Positions 54,901-64,000 of a stretch of DNA of 64,000 nt are shown one piece after another; positions within the stretch are counted from its first letter, which is position 1; each line of letters starts with the position of its first letter. The DNA lies in the NCBI GenBank assembly GCA_035084275.1, contig CM068758.1:434001-498000 (forward strand), given 5' to 3'. Under the pieces are notes generated by a model. The model worked only from the letters and a program-made list of their open reading frames with translations. It had not been told where the DNA came from and did no database searches. Source of the DNA: Hydrolagus colliei (taxonomy: Eukaryota). Position numbers and translations under genes: made by a program.

Positions 54901-57900
54901 GATTTTGTGATATCTTTAATCTTGTGAGTCAAAGCTAGTTTGCTGTGAAAACCTAGTAGAATGAGTGAGTTTGCCTTTACAAATATAACAATCTCACTCG
55001 TACATCCCCCTGAAATAGAGATGTTTTTTCAACAGTAATTCCCATTATCAAGACGTAATCACAAAACAAATCATGTATAGCTCAGCACGGCTGACACTGA
55101 TAGAAACAAAGCAAGATTCACTCCCTGCGATGGAGGGGAACATTGCTAGCACATAAAAGACATTTCCCCCCCTCTGTTTTACTGTCAAATGTTGTGGATT
55201 ATAAATAGGCAAATCTACAAAGCAAATGGTATTCCTAAACCTTTGTATTTGTGGTTATATTGCAAATATTGGGCTATTAGAGTTATTCTGCAATCAGATA
55301 ATATTTTTCATATATGAACAACATTAATATAATGTTACGTATTTTTACTGTTTATTTGCATTCTTAATGTTGATAAATGAATGAATGCAGCCTCACTGCT
55401 ATTATTCCTAGAAATGTTATCAATTATTATTTTGTTTTTAAACCTTTGCAGGATTAAAGGTTTAGACAATGTCTCTTCAAAGTTATCAGTGACGCAAATT
55501 GGTCATGTCTACACCTTTGTTTCAAATTATTTATCAGGACAACTGAACACATCAGGTAATGTACAAACAAGTTGAAACACAAAAGCAATAATGCATTAAC
55601 CTTGCTTTACAATGTTTTTTGATTCAGGGACAGAAAACGTCATCGGTTGTAACTGTTAGGATTGATGTGCTGTGGGGAAACATGACAAAGCTTTTTAACA
55701 ACAACAACAAACAACAAAATTAATAATAATTATTTGAAAGTTCACTGATAATACACAATCGCTACACTTTAAAATAAAATAGTTTCTGATGTTTTGTTAG
55801 CGTGATACGCTGCCTCTACGCCCCGAGGCTTGGGAACTCCCTTCCTCACTCCCTTTGCCTCGCGCCCTCTCTTCCCAGTTTCAGGTCATGGCTAAAGACC
55901 TTTCTCTTCGACCGCGCCTTTGGTCACCTTTCTCCCCCTGCCCCTGGCTCGGTCCTGGGATCTGTTGCTGTGAAGCGCTCTGAGACGCTGTCCGGTGTGG
56001 AGGGCGCTGTATAAATCAAAGTTGTTGTTGTTGTTGTGATAAACAGCTATATAAAAATGCAAGTATTAACAGAGCAAAGATAATTAAAGTACAAACACTT
56101 CCTCTGCTGTAGTCCTGATTAATGATTGTATTATAAATCCTCCGCTGGTAGGTTCGGCATGTGTGGCAAACACTAACGGTGATGGGGATTGGTTACAGAA
56201 GAACTTTGCCGCGTTCCGGTCACAAGCCAAATACAGCGAGTTCATACACCTAAAGAGCAACTTTATTGGGGTAAGTTATTCATGTTCTATGAGGGTATGA
56301 GAGTGAGAAAGCACAAGAGGGCACAATTTAGGGTGGGGTGAAAGGGCAACGTCAAGACGGACAACCACAATGTATTTATTTCCCCCAAAGGGAATCCATA
56401 ACAGGAATGTTTAACAAGCAGTGTGATGCTGCGATGGCAAGGGTATTCTGGAAGCATAAGATCAGATAAGGTTTAACTCAGTTACTCCTATTCACCCTCA
56501 CGATGAGGTGGTAAACTAAGGTTATGTCTTGCTGTTCAGGTAAATCTTAAAGATTACATGACCTCTTTTTTTAAAAAAAAACAGGTGAGTTTCTCAAGGC
56601 AACAATATTCCAAATAAAGTTGGCCATTCACTCCATGGCTGTCTGTCTGCAAATTGGTTCCCACTTTTACCAACAAATGCTCAACTGTTACCCATCACAA
56701 CAAGATTAGGAAGTGATTTGAACATCGGGCATTAGATCAAATGCAATTATTATCAGCATCTTTCATTTTCCTGCTTGTTTAAAACCTTAAACAAGTTTAA
56801 ACAACTATTCTTAACCCAACACAAAAAACACCCAATCATTTAAAATGTACTCCATTCATAAAGCGATGAGTGTATTTTGCAGGGTTTCACTGCAGTGCTC
56901 CTGGGGGAAATACAGTCTTTTTGGAACATTCTAAAATGGAATAAAACGAATGAGGCATTTTTCACGATAATAAATTTTTATTCGGGATGTGTGTTTTTTA
57001 TGTTACAGGTTGAGGTTGCGGGTTTGCTGACTGTAAGGCAGTTGGCAGACTTGACTGCCAGTAACGGAACATTGAAGAGTTCAGTTGATGTCCGCAAGGT
57101 TATGAGCAGGGTTACGGCTGAAAACATCATTCAGTTTATGGACATTTTCAGCTCTGGTGCAAAGCAGGTAGAAAATTTGAATGCTTGCTCATTCAAGGAT
57201 TTGCGATGGTTAATTCCAGTGTGAAAGTAAACGTTTCTCTACTCAATAAAATGTTCACAATTGCTAAATGTATGTAGTTCACCATCACAAATGATATATT
57301 CTGTGAGCCCTGCATCAACGGATATTAGGAGTGTGATATTAGGAGTTCTGCTGCTAAAAACACAATTACAAAATGCGTTTGACACTTTTTTCTGCTGCTA
57401 AAAACACAATTACAAAATACGTTTGACACTTTTAAAACACTTTTAGTGTTTGATTTGCTAAATCCTCATGTCCTACAATACCACGATCACAAATCTGTCC
57501 ATCTGTGAATTATTTAAAAGAGATGGTGATAAGAAAGGATTTTGAAGAATGAGGTGGAAAGGCGGTCAGATAGAATTAAAGAACAGTGTGAGAAATTCCT
57601 TTTGGATATGGTTCGTCCAAAACACAGTATTTTGGGGCAATACAGTATTGTCAAATAGATTCCTAGAAGGTCATTTGTGATCTTTACCACACTCTGGTCA
57701 AGCTGTAAACTGTACCTGACCAGAATGTTGGATTCATTTGAGAAACATTATGCTATTATGGGGTGGGTGGGCAATGTTACAGGGTGGGTATTGCAGAAGG
57801 AAGCTGTTCTCCATTCGAACTTCTCCTGATCTGATGAATTTGGGGACCGAGAAAGAGATCGTACTGTATAGCAGAAACGCTTAGGTCACAAAAAAAAATT

Positions 57901-60900
57901 ATATGGGGGGATATGAATCGACTTACGTATGTTTTAATTTGATCAAACTTTAAACAAATACATTTTTTACTCATGTGTGTTTTTTTTAAACTTTACCAGA
58001 ACAACATATTTTTGGCCCCCAATGTGAAATCCGCTTTGCTGACCGAAGCGCTGAATCGCAGCCTGCCGATCATCCAGCGTTCCAGTGACGCAGAACTTCG
58101 GATCTGGTTTGGTACAAGGCTTGAAATGCTGATACCAGAACTCAACGGAAACTTGACTGAACAAATCCTGGCCAACGCGAGTTGCAATGGTTCACAGATC
58201 ATGTGAGTCTGAACGGTTGTTTTCACCTTCAAGAACATTCACGATCTTGCCCCCACCTATCTCTCCGACCTACTGTCTCCCTATCAGCCCGCCCGTCCCC
58301 TCCGTTCAGTGGGTTCTGGCCTTCTCCATGTCCCCCGCCCGAACTGCCTCACCATCGGTGGATGGGCTTTCAGCCTCTCTGCCCCCACACTGTGAAACTC
58401 CATCCTGCAATCTCTTCACCTCGCTTCCTCCCTTTCCTCCTTCAAAGCGGTCTCAAGACCTTCCTCTTCGACCATGCCTTCTGCTGCCCTCCTAACTCTT
58501 CCACCCATTCCTTCTCTCATTCCCCCTGCCCCTTGCCCGACCCTTCCCCCCACCCCCACCGCTCGGGTCCTGACCTAACACAATGTTCAGCACCTTGAAC
58601 ATTGTGTTTTTTATTAATGAGATAAATAATTTTCAGCTCTGCAAAGATAAAAGCTTTTTATTTCTTCTTCTTTTAACTTCGATCAAAACCTTCTAAAATG
58701 TACAATGGTGTATATATATAGCAGATCTCGAGTTTTCATTTCGTGATGACATAAACAAAAGTAAAATGTGAAATATAATCACTGAAAGGTGTAATGTGAC
58801 TCCTGTTTGATTTAGAATACAAAGCTTGAATGCCCAGTTCTTTAAGTTTGATACTGCCCAGCAGGAGGAGCTGTATAATAGCATCAAAGATTATCTTCTG
58901 AAAGGTAAAGCCAAAATCAATCTGTGTTTTTGTCCATTATCTGTGATTAGCTTTGAGATTTGAATGACGCAGATTTAAGATTGCATTCTCCTTTTAGTAC
59001 TAAGTACTTAAAGTACTTTTAATCTGAAGCAGTAACTGTCCAGCGCCTTGGGACGTCCTCCTGACGTGAAAGGCACTATATAAATGTAATTTTGTTGTTG
59101 TTGTTATAAGTGACTTCACATGGATTTTTCAGGTTAAGTATTAAAAATGGACGAGTGAGTGTCTGAACATGGTGTTGCGATTAACCAAAGCATTTTTTTT
59201 ACTTGTATTGAAGGTTTTTGTGTTGAACTCTATTCTGATATACATATATATGCTTTGTATTTCATTCATTCCTTTAGCTCCCCAAACAAGATGCTTTAAC
59301 TCAGCTAACCCAAAGCTCAATTCCCCTGCATGGTTTGTGAATTATTTGGGGAAATTTATGAACCACACAAGCAAGAATGACCTAAATTTGCTTGTTAAAG
59401 ATACTGATGTAAGTATAATACTACCAAGTAATGCCCGGACTGTTTTTCTTGCTGTCCTTGAACAGGCAAAGCTACGTTGAAGCCTTATGAAGTGGTGTTT
59501 ATTGTTCCTTTGTGTAACTTGCTGTTGTATTGATGGTGAACATTTATTGTGTGCAGCTTCAGATATTTGCGAATGATCCAACCAACCTGGAGCTGGTGAG
59601 CAACCTTGCTCTTTCAAGGGACATCCAAGAGTTTTACGCTAACGCTCTCTTCAGAAACACAAACGTCAATTTCACAAGGTACATTTTTACACTGCTTTTC
59701 GATAAGAGTTGAAAAGTGATAGTTGTGTGATAAGTGTGAATGTACAGAATCAATTCATCATCGACGTTAAAATATTAACTTGAAAATGAAAGCACTTTGA
59801 GACATCCTCCAAATGTGAAAGCCGCTCATATAAATGTAAATTTTCATTATATTAATTAAATAAAAAGGACAATATGTTGTGTATTCTTTGTAGGATTTTT
59901 TTGCAATAAATCTTGTCTTATGCTGACTTCTTCTATGTGTATAAACGTGGAACACTCTAACGGATATGTTTTTTATGCAGAGTTCCTGATAGTATGATTT
60001 GTTTTGTTGCTGGTACCCCATCATTTGAGTCCTTAAATACCCAGCAAACCTTAAAGATAATTAACAGAATCAACCAAGTCTGCCTCACTCCTGCCACAAA
60101 TGAAACTGCACCCGAAGAGCCGACAGATGAACAATTACAGGTAACATAAGGAGGCGATTAAGGATAAGTGTTGGATTATTCTGTCATTATTCTACCAGTG
60201 CTGAGGACTTGAACTGACCTCCCACTACTGCCACTGTTCTTTTATGTAAAGATGATTTATTATCCTGTTACTGTCTACCTGATAAAAGTTCCCATTTGAT
60301 ATACAAATGATTAACTCACACTTTAATCTTTCCAAACCTGTTCTCTCGCCCTCCACACTGCTCAGTGTCCGCGCGAAGCCCCTAGATGGATTATTTTATG
60401 CGAGACTATGTTCTCTGTCAGTCTATAAGATGGGCTATAACTTGTAACATTATATAGTCTTTTATCTGACCTCGGTTGTTTTGTTTAATGAGAAGTCTAA
60501 CTTTGTCTCAACAAGAAAAATATCTGTTAATGCTGGGAGTTTAATGTTCCCCTGCTCTCGCTATGGCATGCAAAGAATTCAACGTTTATGAATAAGTCTT
60601 TTTAAACCGAAAACAGTGAACAACTAATGAGTGTTTGTGGCTCTGTATTAACTGAAACTCTTCATGGTGCAATCATTTGAAGACTATTTTCTTTATTTTT
60701 GTAAGTCAGCTCAAATTGTATAATATGCTAACAGAAAAACAATTGATGTTATTTTAATGATTATGATTCCTTCTAAATAAAAAAATTATCCCCAAACTGT
60801 GTTTTCCTGTAGCTTGCAATTTCGGCTGTGACTAACATTACGATCAACTCACCTGAGACGCTTGTTAATTTGGGGCAATTGGCGGTTGGACTGTCAACCA

Positions 60901-63466
60901 CACAGATTGGCAGCACAGATAAGAACGTTGTTTTAAAATCCCTGGATAGTCTGGCCAAAGTCAGCGGCTGGAAACTTGGCCAGTCCAGAGTAATTATTCG
61001 TAAGTTGTTGGCTGCCAACTTTCAGGTAAGGATGACATAAATTCAATTCAAACTTTTTTTTCACATCCATAATAAGTAACAGGACACTATCTCGACAGTA
61101 TCACTGTAGCTCACAGTGCTCCAAACTTAGTCGTGGATTGAAATGAACAATTTCTTATAGGTTTTTTTTGAGAGATTATTATTAGGTGTGTGTGTGGAGT
61201 AAGGAAACTTACCAGGTCTCACGCTTGTAAGGCAAGTGAGTGCTGTACAACAACAACAAAATTGCACTTATATAGCGCCTTTCACATCGGAAGGACGTCG
61301 CAAAGCGCTGAACAATCAGGTTGGGACCAGAGTGGGGGTGGGGGAGGGTTGGGGTAGAGGGAAGGAGAGAGGGGAGAGTTAGTGGGGGAGCCGAAGGCGC
61401 GGTCGAACCTCTGAGCTTTAGGGAGCTCCACTCAATATGCCTGTTTAGGATGAGGTTAGGGTGACATCTAACTTTTGTTTTTACTTTACATTCACCAGGT
61501 TAACAGTGCTGGGAATATTTTGAAAATGGGAAGTCTGGTGTCTGGCCTGTCCATGAAAACAGTTCAATCGTTGGATGTCAGTGTGATTGTCACCGCCTTT
61601 AAAAACACAAACTTTGTCAGGCATATAAAACTCGCCCGAGCTCCTGTGCAAAGATCAGTCGTCAAAAAGGCAAGTCAACTAATTTACGTGTGTGTGTGTG
61701 TGTATGTGTATGTAATTAAAAAAAATAACTCTTGCATTTGAAACGAGAGGCCTATATTGGATCAAATCATCTCAACATGTTGTGCAGATTGGGTTACCGC
61801 AGTAAATTGATGGAATTCTCTCTACCCATAAAAGCCTAAAGGGAGGGGGAAGGTGGAGTTAGATTAGCAGATCAGCCATGATCTCATTGAATAGCGGGGC
61901 AGGCCCGAAGGGCTGAATGGCCTACCCCTGCTCCTAATTCCTATCTTCTTATGTAAGTAGTAAGTAGAGACGGTTCTCAAAAGAGAGGTAAATAAGAATA
62001 AGAAAGCCCTACAGCCCATTTGATATTGACTGAATATCCACTAAGGTGTTTTTCCAATGTCAAATACCTTATAAAGCCCACTTTGCTGCCTCCTGTGATC
62101 GATCGATCCGCGGTTTCGCTTTGCTGCCACCTGCAAATTGACCACCTTAAACTGAGACCGCAAATCCAGGTCATAGATTTATACCCAGAACAGGGAGGGG
62201 AACCAATACAGATACCCGAATATCATATCACCCAATCCCCATTTTGATATCGTTCCCATCATGACTATACTCTGATTCCTTCCCTTTGGCTTGAAACCTC
62301 AACTGACAGCTTCTCCTGAACGCTTATAAAATGAAAGATATGAGCTTGTATTTTGTGGGTTTTTAGTGAATCTTTTTACAATCTCTGCATTCTACGTGGC
62401 TCCAGTCACTTGGCTTATTTGGAGAATTCAGTTACAGTATTGTAAAAGCTGTATTTTAGATGTGTTTAATATAGTAATGTATGTAACACATCTTTCAGAT
62501 TTTCGGATCTTCGAGTGACCGAGTGACAGACCTCCAACTGGTTCCAGACTCTCTTGCAGACAAGATACCTCTGCGTTTTCTGACCTCCAAAAATATTAAG
62601 TTAAATCACGTGAACAAGAAAAAATGGAAACGCAATCAGGTAAGTGATGATTTGGATTATTTATTCGATGACCAGCATACTGGGTTTTTATAAAGTTTTC
62701 TTTGAGGTTTTGTACTGACTTTGGGTGAGTGTTTTTTATTCGAGGAAGAAAAGGAACATTTGTCTACTTATATACACTGCTTAAATGAAGCTTTAACACA
62801 TTAACGTTCTTCGTAGCTATAACGTAGCATTCCTAGTTTGAACGATGCCTATCTTATTTGTCAGTTAAGTGAATATTATAATAACAATAATAATTATTAA
62901 ATGAATAGCTATGATCCTCATAACATTAAATTGGTATAACTCCCTATCACTTTATCTAAGACTGTAAATGTTTTTTTTAAACCTTTTAGGCTGCTATGTT
63001 CTTCCCGAATTTTGCAAAGGATGCCACTATAGATTTTAATAGGTAAGTATTCATTTTCCAATCATTGTAATAATCCTTGCTTTTGACATAATAAGAAATT
63101 TGAGCTCTGCGACACCGTCCGGCGTGGAGTGAGGGCGCTATATACATCAATGTTGTTGTTGTTATAACCACTGTATTGCAGCTTTAAGGCATATATTTTC
63201 TCACAACAATTTGCATTTATTTAGCTCCCCTCAGCCGATGTGGGATAGCGCCCTGGAGCCCTTCCCTATGGCAGAGTTAGACAACGAGATCAATGTAAAG
63301 GCAATGTAAAGATTCCCAAAGCTAATGTTTTTTTATTGTACTCCTCAGTGTTTCAGGCTCTGTTCTACAAGGATTTACTTGTAACGGTGCAAAGACATTG
63401 AAAAACTCCCAATTCAAGATGTTTGTTAAGGCATTGAGGGGCAAGGCTACACTGGATTCCGATCAG
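1..63466 (+). CDS. Giant multi-domain mesothelin-like protein gene (internal part only; 131 predicted exons, about 6,058 aa in frame; runs off both window ends)
   Basis: Exons were found by eye at polypyrimidine-AG and GT(R)AG boundaries. Phases match at every junction, and exon lengths are conserved between repeat units. Translations match the human mesothelin motif order: [13 protein letters not shown] / LSCIFFRL / [14 protein letters not shown] / [10 protein letters not shown] / YGLPSSWT / LYPGGIPE / WNITQVDTL / [23 protein letters not shown] / GLTGGIP. The exact orthologue (MSLN, MSLNL or lineage-specific) cannot be assigned from sequence alone. Confidence 0.85.
4243..11617 (+). CDS. Inter-domain region 1: Cys linker, three 4-exon modules and helical pre-mesothelin segment
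   Basis: Linker exons 4243-4270 and 4466-4547. Module A: 4765-4929, 5024-5229, 5363-5457, 5567-5685. Module B: 6000-6158, 6341-6543, 6701-6786, 7138-7265. Module C: 7458-7613, 7819-8018, 8343-8431, 8766-8902. Then 9467-9591, 9894-10059, 10314-10526, 10887-11057, 11244-11384, 11568-11617. All are phase-compatible and stop-free. Confidence 0.85.
10615..10685 (+). mobile_element. Isolated SINE tRNA-head remnant (second copy at about 22515-22585)
   Basis: gtggttagagcactcaccttccaagcgtgagacctgtgtttcgaatccaggcaggtcaaggcaa matches the heads of the full SINEs. Confidence 0.65.
11836..15855 (+). CDS. Mesothelin-like domain 2 (copy of domain 1)
   Basis: First exon 11836-11956 ([40 protein letters not shown]). 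The remaining exons are the domain 1 coordinates +11,899. Confidence 0.9.
16142..23517 (+). CDS. Inter-domain region 2 (copy of region 1)
   Basis: Region 1 exons +11,899 up to 19917, then +11,900 from 20243. One coding change seen: CCG>ACG (P>T) at 16757. Confidence 0.85.
23736..27755 (+). CDS. Mesothelin-like domain 3 (copy of domain 1)
   Basis: First exon 23736-23856. The remaining exons are the domain 1 coordinates +23,799. Confidence 0.9.
28042..38844 (+). CDS. Inter-domain region 3 (hybrid: homogenised linker and module A, then diverged modules B and C and pre-domain)
   Basis: Region 1 exons +23,799 up to 29484. Diverged paralogous exons follow: 30241-30399, 31268-31470, 31857-31942, 32263-32387, 33121-33276, 33834-34033, 34326-34414, 35107-35243, 35719-35843, 36438-36600, 36988-37200, 38028-38198, 38366-38503, 38795-38844. 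Their lengths equal those of the region 1 exons or are one codon shorter. Confidence 0.85.
29797..30106 (+). mobile_element. tRNA-derived SINE (Deu-domain type, L2-like 3' tail)
   Basis: A/B-box head (tagctcagttg...gggttcaattcc), core ctgctgtgcgctattgggtgccacgtttcgcccaca, tail gtgaaaagcgcta..tcaaatgcaa(att)n. Boundaries approximate. Confidence 0.8.
30938..31238 (+). mobile_element. tRNA(Ala)-derived SINE
   Basis: Head gagctcagtggttagagcactcgccttgcaagtgagagacctgggttcgattcc (TGC anticodon loop, B box), followed by the same core and tail as the other copies. Confidence 0.85.
33497..33810 (+). mobile_element. tRNA-derived SINE
   Basis: tgtagctcagtggttagagcac...gctgtgtgcaattggctgc...gtgaaaaagccgctatctcaaatgcaaggattatt. 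Confidence 0.8.
35276..35598 (+). mobile_element. tRNA-derived SINE
   Basis: gctcctgtagctcagtggttagag...ttgcaagtgtgagacctgtgttcgaatcc...gtgaaaagcgctatatcaaatgcaaggattattatt. Confidence 0.85.
38922..39582. mobile_element. Non-autonomous Tc1/mariner-superfamily (pogo/Tc2-like) DNA transposon, MITE
   Basis: Perfect 27-bp TIRs: ccgtatatctccgcgtataaggcgcac at 38922, reverse complement ending at 39582. TA flanks both sides (38920-21, 39583-84). The interior is a GA-rich minisatellite plus a GC-rich block, with no transposase. Confidence 0.9.
39720..40030 (+). mobile_element. L2-type LINE 3' fragment
   Basis: ttcaagatcctggtcctcacattcaaagccctccacaagctcgccccc ([16 protein letters not shown], typical of the L2 ORF2 C-terminus) ... 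gtgaaaggcgctgtacaagtgtaattttgttgttg tail. Confidence 0.75.
40036..48742 (+). CDS. Mesothelin-like domain 4 (diverged; furin-type RSRR site; mucin-like tail in last exon)
   Basis: Exons 40036-40156, 40612-40697, 41161-41290, 41438-41628, 41927-42014, 42721-42844, 43648-43826, 44754-44900, 46299-46426, 46630-46775, 47122-47216, 47686-48742. 47122-47216 encodes [32 protein letters not shown], resembling mesothelin GGAPTEDLKALSQQNVSMDLATFMKLRTDAV. Confidence 0.9.
42318..42707 (+). mobile_element. tRNA-derived SINE (degenerate head, internal insertion)
   Basis: gggttcaattcc B box, gggcaagtttccttactcc, gggacactgctgtgtgcaattggctgccacgtttc, tail caaggattatt. Confidence 0.7.
43064..43189 (+). mobile_element. 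SINE 3' fragment
   Basis: caattggctgcctcgtttcgcccacaaat...gtgaaaagcgctgtatcaaatgcaaggattattatt. Confidence 0.7.
44109..44340 (+). mobile_element. 5'-truncated SINE
   Basis: tccttactccacac...gctgtgtgtaattggctgccgcatttcg...agcgctttgagac...atatcaaatccaagg. Confidence 0.7.
45612..45788. other. Assembly gap (177 N) within an intron of domain 4
   Basis: Run of n. The flanking exons 44754-44900 and 46299-46426 are consecutive by paralogy with 2468-2614 and 2899-3026, so no exon needs to lie in the gap. Confidence 0.99.
47836..48699 (+). repeat. Coding minisatellite (21/18-bp units, CCAGCAACAGCAACAACAACA) encoding a mucin-like (PATATTT)n tract
   Basis: 288 consecutive NCA codons (one TCA, then ACA/GCA/CCA) in frame with the preceding GLSGGIPD sequence of exon 47686-48742. 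Confidence 0.95.
49012..63042 (+). CDS. Inter-domain region 4 (diverged, with rearranged modules)
   Basis: Exons 49012-49031, 49463-49484, 49596-49623, 50087-50168; 50749-50913, 51630-51841, 52305-52399, 53480-53598; 53738-53905, 54459-54667, 55452-55555, 56152-56270; 57009-57167, 58000-58202, 58816-58904, 59278-59408; 59557-59678, 59981-60140, 60813-61025, 61499-61669, 62499-62639, 62990-63042. Frame is continuous. Confidence 0.8.
50320..50552 (+). mobile_element. 5'-truncated SINE
   Basis: agtttccttatacac...gctgtgtgcaattggctgcttcgtttc...gtgaaaagcgctatctcaatgcaaggattatt. Confidence 0.75.
51078..51413 (+). mobile_element. tRNA-derived SINE
   Basis: gagcttctgtagctcagtggttagagcactcgtcttacaagcgtgagacctg...tcaaatgcagggattatt. 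Confidence 0.85.
52565..52772 (+). mobile_element. CR1-type LINE 3' end
   Basis: tggaatgcattgcctgaaaaggtggtggag...ttttaaaagagaattagat...gatgggctgaatggcttcctt..(attctatg)2, a CR1-like terminal octamer repeat. Confidence 0.75.
53204..53415 (-). mobile_element. CR1-type LINE 3' end, antisense
   Basis: gaacataagaattaggagcagacgtaggccattcagc...cattcaataagatcatggctgatct...ggggtagagaattcca. Its reverse complement matches 61860-61951. Confidence 0.75.
54176..54202. repeat. (TA)n microsatellite
   Basis: Run of atatatat... Confidence 0.9.
55815..56036 (+). mobile_element. L2-type LINE 3' end
   Basis: tgggaactcccttcctcactccctt...ctaaagacctttctcttcgaccgcgccttt...gtggagggcgctgtataaatcaaag(ttg)n. Confidence 0.75.
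57347..57433. repeat. 44-bp intronic tandem duplication
   Basis: tctgctgctaaaaacacaattacaaaat(g/a)cgtttgacactttt occurs at 57347 and 57391. Confidence 0.9.
58225..58600 (+). mobile_element. L2-type LINE 3' fragment
   Basis: accttcaagaacattcacgatcttgcccccacctatctctccgacct...ctcaagaccttcctcttcgaccatgccttc. Confidence 0.7.
61120..61235 (-). mobile_element. SINE fragment, antisense
   Basis: gtcgtggattgaaatga...gtgtggagtaaggaaactt..caggtctcacgcttgtaaggcaagtg is the reverse complement of the SINE head and body seen elsewhere. Confidence 0.7.
61250..61410 (-). mobile_element. L2-type LINE 3' end, antisense
   Basis: (aac)n..ttgcacttatatagcgcctttcacatcggaaggacgtc..aaagcgct...ccgaaggcgcggtcgaa is the reverse complement of the L2 tail. 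Confidence 0.7.
61860..61951 (+). mobile_element. CR1-type LINE 3' end
   Basis: agatcagccatgatctcattgaatagcggggcaggcccgaagggctgaatggcctacccctgctcctaattcctatcttcttatg. Confidence 0.75.
63349..63466 (+). CDS. First exon of mesothelin-like domain 5
   Basis: ctcctcag|T GTT TCA GGC ... GAT CAG|gtgag encodes [39 protein letters not shown], paralogous to 11836-11956 and 40036-40156. Confidence 0.85.
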
Positions 63467-64000
63467 GTGAGCTGACTTACAAAATAAATTTTGTCCAGTA
63501 AAATGTATTTGACTTATTGGTCCATTACCGTGATGCTGTACTCTGATATAATTTGATTATTAAGGACAAGTATGTAAGTCTGCCTATTTCTGTAATTTTT
63601 AATATCTATACAATACATAAATTAGTTTTTAGCCTGTATAATCAATCAAGATTCATTTTTTGGGGAAAAAATATATATTTTGTGTTGTTTTGCTGCAGAG
63701 GTAGGTGAAAGCTCTATTTTAGACCTTTATTATATAACAATAACAATAACATTTGATATAGCTCCCTTCACATCAGGTAGGCGTCTTAAACAGGGTCACG
63801 TGATGTACTGTAAGGTCCAGTGATTGTGTATTTTGCAGCTGTACACTATATAAAAGTCACGATAATGTTAATCTATGGTGAATACTATAACTAAATCATA
63901 TAAAATATTGGTATATTAGGGGGGAAATTGTGTGTGTGTGTGTGTGTGAGAGAGAGAGTGTGGGTGTGTGTGATTATTAATGACAGGTTGCAGGAGTATT

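Noticed and set aside
63987-64000. Possible next exon at the window end (gacag|gttgcaggagtatt)
   Set aside because: It does not resemble the expected LSCI-type exon and is too short to judge.
1-64000. CRISPR arrays, operons, phage or other prokaryotic systems
   Set aside because: The sequence is spliceosomal-intron-rich vertebrate DNA, and no repeat-spacer array is present.

Overview
Eukaryotic genomic DNA, most likely from a cartilaginous fish (inferred from its tRNA-derived Deu-type SINEs, CR1 3' ends and L2 tails). The whole window appears to lie inside one + strand, intron-rich gene of the mesothelin/otoancorin/stereocilin family. Splicing by hand (GT-AG throughout, one GC-AG) gives 131 exons or exon parts, 18,174 nt, that join in one reading frame of about 6,058 aa. 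I found no start, stop, signal peptide or GPI signal, so the gene extends past both window edges. The protein is a chain of [mesothelin-like domain + Cys linker + three 4-exon ~195-aa modules + helical pre-domain] units. Positions 1-29,496 are about 2.5 nearly identical 11,899/11,900-bp tandem units, each with 32 exons encoding 1,428 aa. Beyond 29,497 come older, diverged units with TE-rich introns. Only the diverged mesothelin domain keeps a furin-type RSRR site, and it is followed by a 288-codon Thr/Ala/Pro mucin-like VNTR. The exon model is manual and has no transcript support. Most ORFs in the supplied track are exon fragments with intron read-through, or are spurious.
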